From the IMG/VR virus record IMGVR_UViG_3300016702_000415: a stretch of DNA of 10,726 bases; one strand, written 5' to 3'. The notes beneath the pieces were generated by a model that did no database searches, was not told the DNA's origin, and was given only the letters and a program-made list of their open reading frames with translations. How positions within the stretch are numbered: position 1 is the stretch's first letter; every line of letters begins with the position of its first letter. A program made the translations under genes and the position numbers. The stretch is from a virus. Positions 1-5,202 of the stretch are shown one piece after another.

Positions 1-7
1 AGATCCG

Positions 8-40
8 TTGCATGTAGAGCCTTGTGCTCCGTGCATAAAG
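8..40 (+). promoter_or_regulatory. Possible sigma70-like promoter for the first tRNA: TTGCAT at 8-13, AT-rich CATAAA near 34-39, tRNA 5-prime end at 46
   Basis: Hexamer resemblance only. Spacing of about 20 nt is suboptimal. Confidence 0.2.
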
Positions 41-45
41 CCCTT

Positions 46-120
46 CGGGATGTAGCCTAGAGGTCAGGCACGTGATTTGGGATCACGGCCACGCAGGTTC
101 GAGTCCTGCCATCCCGACCA
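46..120 (+). tRNA. tRNA-Pro (anticodon TGG), 72 nt plus encoded CCA
   Basis: Hand-folded canonical cloverleaf. Acceptor is CGGGATG/CATCCCG. D-stem is GCCT/AGGC. Anticodon stem CGTGA/TCACG encloses loop TTTGGGA with U33 and G37. T-arm is GCAGG-TTCGAGT-CCTGC. Discriminator is A, followed by CCA. Confidence 0.85.
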
Positions 121-124
121 AAAT

Positions 125-201
125 CAGGGAGTAGCGCAGTCTGGTAGCGTGCTCCGTTCGGATCGGAGAAGTCGGTGGTTCAAATCCACCCTCCCTGACC
201 A
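125..201 (+). tRNA. tRNA-Pro (anticodon CGG), 74 nt plus CCA
   Basis: Acceptor is CAGGGAG/CTCCCTG. D-arm is GCGC-AGTCTGGTA-GCGT. Anticodon stem CTCCG/CGGAG encloses loop TTCGGAT. T-arm is GGTGG-TTCAAAT-CCACC. CCA is encoded. Confidence 0.85.
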
Positions 202-224
202 AATTCTTGTAGTAGGAGGCCGTC

Positions 225-614
225 GTGAAGAAGAAAACGTTGCGTGACGAATTGATAAAGCAAGCACTGAACGAGATCAACCCGGTTGACATCGTGGAGT
301 ATGTGCAAGCTAACTACGACACGCTTGGTAAGTCTTCTTTCAACGGCCAAGAGATTGTCATCGTCCTGGAAATCAGAAATGACGATGAAGGATATGGCAA
401 TCACTCGTATGAAGGCGTTGGTGTAGATGGCGACGGAAAGGTCTTCTACTGTTTCTCGTCCGGGTGTTCTTGTACCGGCGAATGTGGTATCGAAGGTCCG
501 CACGGCCACGACCTGACGTTGAAGAAGTTTGAAGTAAATGGTAATGCGTTTGACTTATCCAACATCGACGTAGAGACATTGAAGTCGATTCAAGTGGATT
601 TCAGCGATTACTAG
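225..614 (+). CDS. Hypothetical 129-aa protein with a C-terminal Cys cluster (CFSSGCSCTGECGI). GTG start.
   Basis: The ORF is preceded by a strong Shine-Dalgarno TAGGAGG at 213-219, 5 nt before GTG at 225. Stop is TAG at 612-614. I recognise no family. Confidence 0.55.
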   Translation: MKKKTLRDELIKQALNEINPVDIVEYVQANYDTLGKSSFNGQEIVIVLEIRNDDEGYGNHSYEGVGVDGDGKVFYCFSSGCSCTGECGIEGPHGHDLTLKKFEVNGNAFDLSNIDVETLKSIQVDFSDY

Positions 615-702
615 ACGGAGATAGAGTGGATTGGCGGCGTGAACACTGTAACTTGGACTGTGGGAACCGCCACAAGTTATTTGACAATCGAAAAAGTTTT
701 AT

Positions 703-781
703 AGCCGGGTGATGCAATTTTGGTAGACATCCTATACTCAGAATGTAGGTCTTGTGGGTTCGAGTCCCATCCCGGCTACCA
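703..781 (+). tRNA. Leu-like tRNA lacking the long variable arm (anticodon CAG), 76 nt plus CCA
   Basis: Acceptor is AGCCGGG/CCCGGCT, 7 bp. The Leu-type D-arm has a 3-4 bp stem and a long loop CAATTTTGGTAGA. Anticodon stem CCTATA/TGTAGG encloses loop CTCAGAA with U33, CAG and A37. The variable loop is only 4-5 nt. T-arm is GTGGG-TTCGAGT-CCCAT. Discriminator is A, followed by CCA. Confidence 0.6.
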
Positions 782-865
782 AGTTTGTGCGCTTCGGATG
801 ACGGAACTGGCATACGTTGTATTGAGTTCCCCGAAAGTTCTCTTTACTGTGGATCTGAGATGACC

Positions 866-921
866 ACTGCTGGCAGAGGCGGGACGCAGAGTCCTTGGGA
901 GTTCGAGTCTCCCTCCAGAAA
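866..921 (+). pseudogene. tRNA pseudogene fragment (decayed copy of the CAG Leu-like tRNA)
   Basis: A D-loop remnant CTGGCAGAGG is present. The anticodon hairpin GGGAC-GCAGA-GTCCT is truncated to a 5-nt loop that still contains CAG. The T-arm GGGAG-TTCGAGT-CTCCC is intact. The 3-prime acceptor strand TCCAGAA has no complementary 5-prime strand and there is no CCA. Confidence 0.4.
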
Positions 922-949
922 ATCTGCACATAAGCGCACATTGATTTTT

Positions 950-1143
950 GAGGCAGTAGCTCAACCTGGACAGAGCGCACTAAAACGGAGCGTGGTCCAT
1001 AGCAATGGTTCCAGAAGCACCGAAAAGAGAAATGGAACTCTGACGCCTGTGTGACTCAGGTTGGCTCTACGGAGCGTAGGGAAGCGGGTCATCCAAAGCT
1101 ATGATCGAAAGATGTACGGGTTCAAATCCCGTCTGCCTCACCA
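950..1143 (+). ncRNA. Interrupted or intron-like tRNA gene: Ile-like 5-prime acceptor and D-arm, roughly 135 nt of hairpin-rich insert, then T-arm, 3-prime acceptor and CCA
   Basis: GAGGCAG at 950-956 is perfectly complementary to CTGCCTC at 1133-1139. A canonical D-arm TAGCTCAACCTGGACAGAGCG at 957-977 resembles tRNA-Ile/Met-type D-arms. The T-arm ACGGG-TTCAAAT-CCCGT at 1116-1132 is followed by discriminator A and CCA. No anticodon arm can be folded. The intervening roughly 135 nt contains several hairpins: CTACG-GAG-CGTAG, GTTCCA/TGGAAC, and ATC-GAAA-GAT. Confidence 0.4.
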
Positions 1144-1176
1144 TTTCGTCCTACTGACTGTTATCTAAATAGGAAT

Positions 1177-1267
1177 AGAGGGCTGACAGAGCGGCAATGT
1201 GCCGGTCTTGAAAACCGTGGCCTACCTGATGAGGGTAGCGGGAGTTCAATCCTCCCGCCCTCTGCCA
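1177..1267 (+). tRNA. tRNA-Ser (anticodon TGA), class II, 88 nt plus CCA
   Basis: Acceptor is AGAGGGC/GCCCTCT. The anticodon loop is CTTGAAA. A long variable arm is present (CTACC...GGTAG). T-arm is GGGAG-TTCAATC-CTCCC. Discriminator is G, followed by CCA. Confidence 0.8.
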
Positions 1268-1273
1268 AATTTT

Positions 1274-1771
1274 ATGGGAAGACCAATTAGTCCGACAAGT
1301 TATCGACAACTTGCATTGAAAGAAGGATGCACTAAGTCAACCATTGGTTATCGACTTGGGCGTGAAACGAAATTTCATGGGCATTGTCAGCAATGTGGAC
1401 GAGAGTTGAATAGTAAGCGGAAAATACGCTTTTGTAATTCCAAATGCTATGCTGATTATCTCTATGAGAAGTACATTAGAGAGTGGAAATCGGGGCAGAT
1501 CGGTGGCGGAAGTAGTACAGGTGATGTGAGTGGACATGTGCGCCGATTTTTGTTTTCAAAGTATGAAAATCGTTGTAGTAAATGTGGATGGGCCGAAATC
1601 AATCCAACTACGGGGTTGGTTCCGCTTGAAGTCAATCACATTGATGGAAATTGCTCTAATCACATTGAAAAAAATTTGGAGTTGATATGTCCAAATTGTC
1701 ATTCCTTGACACCGACATTTCGTAGTTTGAATAAGAGAAGTAATCGAAAGCGTAAAAGTTTATGTCAGTAG
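1274..1771 (+). CDS. HNH endonuclease, 165 aa, with an N-terminal zinc ribbon
   Basis: The tiled ORF 1199-1771 begins inside the tRNA. The first in-frame ATG after the tRNA is at 1274. The HNH motif reads [25 protein letters not shown]. Upstream Cys pairs are CQQCG...CNSKC and CSKCG. Stop is TAG. Confidence 0.75.
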   Translation: MGRPISPTSYRQLALKEGCTKSTIGYRLGRETKFHGHCQQCGRELNSKRKIRFCNSKCYADYLYEKYIREWKSGQIGGGSSTGDVSGHVRRFLFSKYENRCSKCGWAEINPTTGLVPLEVNHIDGNCSNHIEKNLELICPNCHSLTPTFRSLNKRSNRKRKSLCQ

Positions 1772-1837
1772 GCTTGGCAGCTACGAGCGACGGCTCACCA
1801 CCGGGATCGTTACCCGGCACGCATGTAACAGTGTGTG

Positions 1838-1878
1838 GTTTTGGACGGATTCAGGTTCGATTCCTGACTACTGGCTCA
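1838..1878 (+). pseudogene. tRNA 3-prime fragment (T-arm plus 3-prime acceptor strand, no CCA)
   Basis: TCAGG-TTCGATT-CCTGA is followed by CTACTGG. No convincing complementary 5-prime strand or anticodon arm lies within 80 nt. Upstream TGGTTTTGGACGGA resembles a decayed Leu-type D-loop. Confidence 0.35.
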
Positions 1879-1883
1879 GTTTT

Positions 1884-1969
1884 AGCCGGGTGGTGGAATG
1901 GCAGACACGCAGCGTTGAGGTCGCTGTGTCCGCAAGGACGTGTGGGTTCAAATCCCATCCTGGCTACCA
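1884..1969 (+). tRNA. tRNA-Leu (anticodon GAG), canonical class II, 83 nt plus CCA
   Basis: Acceptor is AGCCGGG/CCTGGCT with one G-U pair. Anticodon stem CAGCG/CGCTG encloses loop TTGAGGT with G37. The long variable arm is GTCC-GCAA-GGAC. T-arm is GTGGG-TTCAAAT-CCCAT. Discriminator is A, followed by CCA. Confidence 0.8.
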
Positions 1970-1981
1970 AGTTTTTGTTGA

Positions 1982-2059
1982 TGCCATGTATCCCAATTGG
2001 CAGAGGAAGCAGGTCGAGAACCTGTGAATGTGTGGGTTCGACTCCCACCGTGGCAACCA
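1982..2059 (+). tRNA. Leu-like tRNA lacking the long variable arm (anticodon GAG, C at position 33), 75 nt plus CCA
   Basis: Acceptor is TGCCATG/CGTGGCA. The Leu-type D-arm is TCC-CAATTGGCAGA-GGA. Anticodon stem GCAGG/CCTGT encloses loop TCGAGAA. The variable loop is 6 nt. T-arm is GTGGG-TTCGACT-CCCAC. Discriminator is A, followed by CCA. Confidence 0.55.
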
Positions 2060-2060
2060 T

Positions 2061-2137
2061 CAGGGAGTAGCGCAGTCTGGTAGCGTGTCCGCTTTGGAAG
2101 CGGAAAGTCGCTGGTTCGAGTCCAGCCTCCCTGACCA
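2061..2137 (+). tRNA. tRNA-Pro (anticodon TGG), 74 nt plus CCA
   Basis: The acceptor and D-arm are identical to the tRNA at 125-201 (CAGGGAGTAGCGCAGTCTGGTAGCGTG ... CTCCCTGACCA). Anticodon stem TCCGC/GCGGA encloses loop TTTGGAA. T-arm is GCTGG-TTCGAGT-CCAGC. Confidence 0.8.
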
Positions 2138-2162
2138 AATTTCGGATGCTAGATACGTGTGT

Positions 2163-2513
2163 ATGCCGGTCAAGCAATCCGCCGCCGCTGAGAAGCGGTC
2201 TAAAAAACGTGCTGAACTTCGTGCTTGGATTGCTGACTACAAGCGCACGCTGTCATGTAGTCGATGTGGGTTCAACCATCCGGCTGCTTTGCAATTCCAT
2301 CATACTGGTGCCGGTGAGAAGAAATTTGAGATTGGATCTGCTGTGATGCTGCAAAAATCGCTCAAGCAGGTCAAAGAAGAGATCGCAAAATGTGAATGCG
2401 TCTGTGCCAACTGTCATGCCGTTCATCACTACGACGAGCGGATGCTCCTGGAAGCCGATAGACAGGCTGAAGAAATGGAGTATAATGAGTTGGTAGAGGA
2501 AGAAGAATTTTAG
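2163..2513 (+). CDS. HNH endonuclease, 116 aa
   Basis: The first in-frame ATG after the tRNA is at 2163. Motifs are CSRCG and QFHH...CECVCANCHAVHH. The TAG stop at 2511-2513 overlaps the first base of the next tRNA. Confidence 0.7.
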   Translation: MPVKQSAAAEKRSKKRAELRAWIADYKRTLSCSRCGFNHPAALQFHHTGAGEKKFEIGSAVMLQKSLKQVKEEIAKCECVCANCHAVHHYDERMLLEADRQAEEMEYNELVEEEEF

Positions 2514-2599
2514 GCCGGATGGAGGAATTGGCAGTCTCGCTTGCCTTAGAAGCAAGTGCCCGGAAGGGCGTGAGGGTTCGACTCCCTCTTCGGCCACCA
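2513..2599 (+). tRNA. tRNA-Leu (anticodon TAG), class II, 84 nt plus CCA
   Basis: Acceptor is GGCCGGA/TTCGGCC. The Leu D-arm is GAG-GAATTGGCAGT-CTC. Anticodon stem CTTGC/GCAAG encloses loop CTTAGAA. The variable arm is TGCCCGGAAGGGCGT. T-arm is GAGGG-TTCGACT-CCCTC. Discriminator is A, followed by CCA. Confidence 0.8.
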
Positions 2600-2603
2600 A
2601 GTT

Positions 2604-2798
2604 ATGATGTGTTGCAACGAAGAGTTTGTGGGGCGACGGTGCCCGAAATGTGGGACGCTTCCGAAAGAGAACGAGCCGAGACCGGCTTCTGTCGAAGAGA
2701 TCATTCTCTCCAGAAAGTTTCAGAGTCGGCTGTTCACGTCGAAGCATCCGAAGACGGTTCGGTTCTCCAGAGATGAGGTACCGTGGGACCAGTGGTAG
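2604..2798 (+). CDS. Possible small zinc-ribbon protein, 64 aa (MMCC...CPKCG)
   Basis: ATG lies 5 nt after the tRNA CCA. A CxxC pair is present. A competing ORF exists in another frame, so the call is weak. Confidence 0.3.
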   Translation: MMCCNEEFVGRRCPKCGTLPKENEPRPASVEEIILSRKFQSRLFTSKHPKTVRFSRDEVPWDQW

Positions 2799-2812
2799 GA
2801 ACTTCGTCAGAA

Positions 2813-2959
2813 ATGCCCTGTACGTGCGAAGAGAAGGGCGTAGAGGCTTGCGAGAAGGTCTGGTGGTGTTGTGATTGTCGCCGTGAGATGCGGCACCGCT
2901 ACGGGGATCTATTCGCCAGATGCCGGGAATGCTGGTCGGAGATTGAAGCGAATTTGTAA
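2813..2959 (+). CDS. Possible small Cys-rich protein, 48 aa (MPCTCEEKGVEACEKVWWCCDCRREMRHRYGDLFARCRECWSEIEANL)
   Basis: Hand translation of the third frame, which the ORF track omits because it is under 60 aa. Ten Cys residues occur in CxC and CxxC spacing. The ORF ends 4 nt before the next tRNA. Confidence 0.3.
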   Translation: MPCTCEEKGVEACEKVWWCCDCRREMRHRYGDLFARCRECWSEIEANL

Positions 2960-2962
2960 TGT

Positions 2963-3049
2963 GGCCGGGTGGAGGAATTGGCAGTCTCGCTTGCCTCAAA
3001 AGCAAGTGCTGGCAACAGCGTGAGGGTTCGACTCCCTCCCCGGCCACCA
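2963..3049 (+). tRNA. tRNA-Leu (anticodon CAA), class II, 84 nt plus CCA
   Basis: Near-identical backbone to 2513-2599. Acceptor is GGCCGGG/CCCGGCC. The anticodon loop is CTCAAAA. The variable arm is TGCTGGCAACAGCGT. T-arm is GAGGG-TTCGACT-CCCTC. Confidence 0.8.
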
Positions 3050-3077
3050 AATTAGCAAACGTGGCGTGCGTATACAT

Positions 3078-3557
3078 ATGCGTATGCCAAAGAAGCACAA
3101 TAGGTATACGAAAGAGTTTTTGGAGCCGGTAGTAAAAGAAAGTGGATCGTGGGGCGACGTTTGTGAACGATGTGGAGTGAAGCGGGGATTTGGTGCAGAA
3201 AACTATCTCCGTAATGTGGCGATCAAATTTGAGATCGACTACTCTCATTTCAAAGGGCAAGGATGGGCACGAAATTTAATCTTTGACAAGAAGCCATTGG
3301 AGAAGTTTTTAGTTCTCCAATCAAAGATTACACGTTCTGAATTGCGCCGCCGTCTGATTCGAGATGGTTATAAGAAGGCTCAATGTGAAAAATGTGGATT
3401 GACGGAATGGTTGGGTGAGCCAATCGGATTGGAATTGCATCATACAAATCAGATTCCAGACGATAATAGGATTGAGAATTTGTTGGTCCTTTGTGCTAAC
3501 TGCCATACGGTTGCTGATAGAATCGCCCGCCGTCAACGAAAGTTTGAGTCAGGGTAG
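3078..3557 (+). CDS. HNH endonuclease, about 159 aa (an alternative GTG start exists at 3066)
   Basis: Motifs are CERCG and CEKCG...LELHHTNQIPDDNRIENLLVLCANCHTV. Stop is TAG at 3555-3557. Confidence 0.7.
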   Translation: MRMPKKHNRYTKEFLEPVVKESGSWGDVCERCGVKRGFGAENYLRNVAIKFEIDYSHFKGQGWARNLIFDKKPLEKFLVLQSKITRSELRRRLIRDGYKKAQCEKCGLTEWLGEPIGLELHHTNQIPDDNRIENLLVLCANCHTVADRIARRQRKFESG

Positions 3558-3571
3558 TTTAACGTGGAAAA

Positions 3572-3636
3572 ACCGGGGCGTACATTGGCGCTAGTTCAAA
3601 GCTAACCGATACGGGTTCGATGGTCCGTCCCTGGCT
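3572..3636 (+). pseudogene. Degenerate tRNA-like element (Leu-like CAA remnant): D-arm largely deleted, 8-nt T-loop, no CCA
   Basis: Acceptor-like helix is CCGGGG/CCCTGG. The anticodon hairpin GCTAG-TTCAAAG-CTAAC carries a CAA anticodon. The T-arm ACGGG-TTCGATGG-TCCGT has one extra G. The 3-prime tail is TCAA rather than CCA. Confidence 0.3.
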
Positions 3637-3743
3637 CAACAAATTATATGGTACCGCTTGTAGGTCCGTCTGAAGCTACTTGGCGACTAATACGAAAGTT
3701 GCGGAAGGCACCTATTAGCGTGAAAGTTCCAGAAGAAGTTTAT

Positions 3744-3822
3744 TGCCGTGTAGTCCAATTTGGCAGGAGACACCAGATTCAAAACCTGTACAGTGTGGGT
3801 TCGAGTCCCACCACGGCAACCA
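3744..3822 (+). tRNA. Leu-like tRNA lacking the long variable arm (anticodon CAA, weak anticodon stem), 76 nt plus CCA
   Basis: Acceptor is TGCCGTG/CACGGCA, a perfect 7 bp. The D-arm is TCC-AATTTGGCA-GGA. The anticodon loop is TTCAAAA, but only 3 bp (CAG/CTG) pair in the stem, so the gene may be partly decayed. T-arm is GTGGG-TTCGAGT-CCCAC. Discriminator is A, followed by CCA. Confidence 0.5.
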
Positions 3823-3829
3823 AAGTTTT

Positions 3830-3906
3830 GGCCCCGTACTCCAATTGGCAGAGGGAACCGGCTTAAACCCGGCACAGTGTGGGTTCGACGCCCACCGGGG
3901 CTACCA
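3830..3906 (+). tRNA. Leu-like tRNA lacking the long variable arm (anticodon TAA), 74 nt plus CCA
   Basis: Acceptor is GGCCCCG/CGGGGCT with a first G-U pair. The D-arm is TCC-AATTGGCAGAG-GGA. Anticodon stem CCGG/CCGG encloses loop CTTAAAC. The variable loop is 6 nt. T-arm is GTGGG-TTCGACG-CCCAC. Discriminator is A, followed by CCA. Confidence 0.55.
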
Positions 3907-3913
3907 AGTTATT

Positions 3914-4210
3914 ATGCGAAATCCTCAAAAGGGTAACAGAGTCGAAATCATGACCGGCAAGCACCAAGGCCAGATAGGAACTGTCATTGGCCTGGAAGCG
4001 AATGGAAGGGCGCTTGTTCAACTTCCAGGACTGCCGTATGAACGCTCTTATGCAAAAGAGCACTTAGAATTCAGAGGTCGTGGCGAACAGCAATTGTCCA
4101 CGGGTGAGTCGAGACGAAAGCGGATGCAAGCAATGGTAGCGCAAGGTAAGATGTGTCCTTCGTATCCTCACTCATGCAGCGGCGAATGCGGGATTAAACA
4201 AGATGACTAG
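3914..4210 (+). CDS. Hypothetical 98-aa protein with a KOW-like N-terminus and a C-terminal CSGECGI Cys motif
   Basis: The tiled ORF 3743-4210 starts inside tRNAs. The first ATG after the tRNA is at 3914. VEIMTGKHQGQIGTVIGLE resembles a KOW motif. The C-terminal MCPSYPHSCSGECGI matches the motif in the 225-614 protein. Confidence 0.45.
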   Translation: MRNPQKGNRVEIMTGKHQGQIGTVIGLEANGRALVQLPGLPYERSYAKEHLEFRGRGEQQLSTGESRRKRMQAMVAQGKMCPSYPHSCSGECGIKQDD

Positions 4211-4553
4211 GAAAGAAATGGTTCGCACACTTCTCAGGTTGCGTGACCCGGCGAATGAACAGGCAGTACTTGATGAAGTGTATGCTGAATTTCAGAGTGA
4301 ATATTACCCTGGTCGCCGCCAGTTGAACCGTTGCGGCCATTACAACTGCGAGTATCACGGGCTGTGCGCTGTGGTTGAATTGACGAACATTCTCAAGATG
4401 GAATTGAAATATTTGGAAGATCAGGACGACGACAATGTTTTGGGTAGTGCAGGAAAATATCAAAGACGAAGCGACATACGACCATTTCATCCAGGCACTC
4501 TATGCGTTGAACATAGAGCACACACTGGTGAAGGTAGTACCGTTCTCGCATGA
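4203..4553 (+). CDS. Hypothetical Cys/His-rich protein (CGHYNCEYHGLC). Its 3-prime end overlaps the next gene by about 119 nt, so the true extent is uncertain.
   Basis: The first roughly 78 aa look protein-like. The tail past 4435 looks like an out-of-frame read of the ATP-grasp gene. Confidence 0.3.
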   Translation: MTRKEMVRTLLRLRDPANEQAVLDEVYAEFQSEYYPGRRQLNRCGHYNCEYHGLCAVVELTNILKMELKYLEDQDDDNVLGSAGKYQRRSDIRPFHPGTLCVEHRAHTGEGSTVLA

Positions 4554-5202
4554 TGTTATTCCTGATGTGAATCCCACAGGCCGTGTGATGGTATGGGGTT
4601 CGACTACATTGGATCTTGTTGCCAAGAACAAGGGTTGGAAACCTGGGACATTTTTGAACGAGAATTTCGATCAGCGTATCTGGAGAACGAAGTATCCGAC
4701 GTTGAACGATGACGCTGAGATCCATGAGTTTGGTTCCATTCCGGCATTCGAGGGAACGAGATTTATCCGGCCCGTGCATGACATGAAAGTGTTCGCCGGG
4801 ATGGTGATCCACAACGTTGAATTGGAGCAGTGGAAGGAAACCATTCAGCGATATTCGGATGGCTACATTACGTTGCGCCCGGAGACGCCTGTGAGCATTT
4901 CCAGCGTCAAGGACATTGAGATGGAGTGGCGCTTCTTTGTGGTGTCTGGCAAGGTCGTGGCTGGCTCCAGGTACCGGCAGTGGGGATTGTCGGACCATCG
5001 GCGGATTTATGCAGCATCGGAGCCGTGGAAGTTTGCACAGGAAATGGTAGATCGCTGGCAACCAAATGAAGCGTTCGTAATTGACTTGGCGAAGGAACAC
5101 AATGATCCTTCATTCAAGGTGATCGAAGTGAATTGTATCAACTCAGCCGGGTTCTACGAATGTGACATGAAGGCCGTGATCGAGGCAATTGAGAGGTTAT
5201 GA
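4435..5202 (+). CDS. ATP-grasp fold protein (phage-type, DUF4343/RimK-related-like), 255 aa
   Basis: The N-terminus MFWVVQEN... and the motif EWRFFVVSGKVVAGSRY resemble ATP-grasp strand motifs. The family assignment is from memory, not from a search. The stop overlaps the next start as ATGA. Confidence 0.55.
   Translation: MFWVVQENIKDEATYDHFIQALYALNIEHTLVKVVPFSHDVIPDVNPTGRVMVWGSTTLDLVAKNKGWKPGTFLNENFDQRIWRTKYPTLNDDAEIHEFGSIPAFEGTRFIRPVHDMKVFAGMVIHNVELEQWKETIQRYSDGYITLRPETPVSISSVKDIEMEWRFFVVSGKVVAGSRYRQWGLSDHRRIYAASEPWKFAQEMVDRWQPNEAFVIDLAKEHNDPSFKVIEVNCINSAGFYECDMKAVIEAIERL

Noticed and set aside
614-703. GGCGG...CCGCC inverted repeat that could be read as a tRNA-like or terminator hairpin
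   Set aside because: The loop is too long, about 30 nt. There is no T-run and no T-loop motif.
950-1143. tmRNA (ssrA) interpretation of the split tRNA-like element
   Set aside because: The 5-prime part has a full D-arm, which tmRNA lacks. The insert is only about 135 nt with no pseudoknot series. The mini-ORF tag MVPEAPKREMEL does not end in the hydrophobic Ala-rich tail typical of SsrA tags.
950-1143. Group I or group II intron inside the tRNA
   Set aside because: The insert is roughly half the minimum size of a group I intron. No P/Q/R/S-like or domain V-like elements were recognisable by eye.
752-2070. Plus-strand tiled ORFs 752-1054, 1762-2070, 1833-2027 and 2028-2162, plus the 5-prime parts of 1199-1771, 3743-4210 and 6281-6808
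   Set aside because: These segments are tRNA genes or tRNA fragments read as protein. The real CDSs were trimmed to the first in-frame ATG downstream of the tRNA CCA end.
2253-3260. 335-aa minus-strand ORF spanning several tRNA genes and an HNH gene
   Set aside because: It runs antisense through three + strand tRNA genes and coding regions. Its translation is dominated by tRNA-arm artefacts such as VEPSR and GLEPT.
3640-3743. Possible additional tRNA remnant sharing GGTCCGTC with the upstream pseudo-tRNA (the ORF track shows 3648-3866 here)
   Set aside because: There is no T-loop motif or acceptor pairing, only an 8-nt repeat. The ORF runs into the tRNA at 3744 and is probably spurious.
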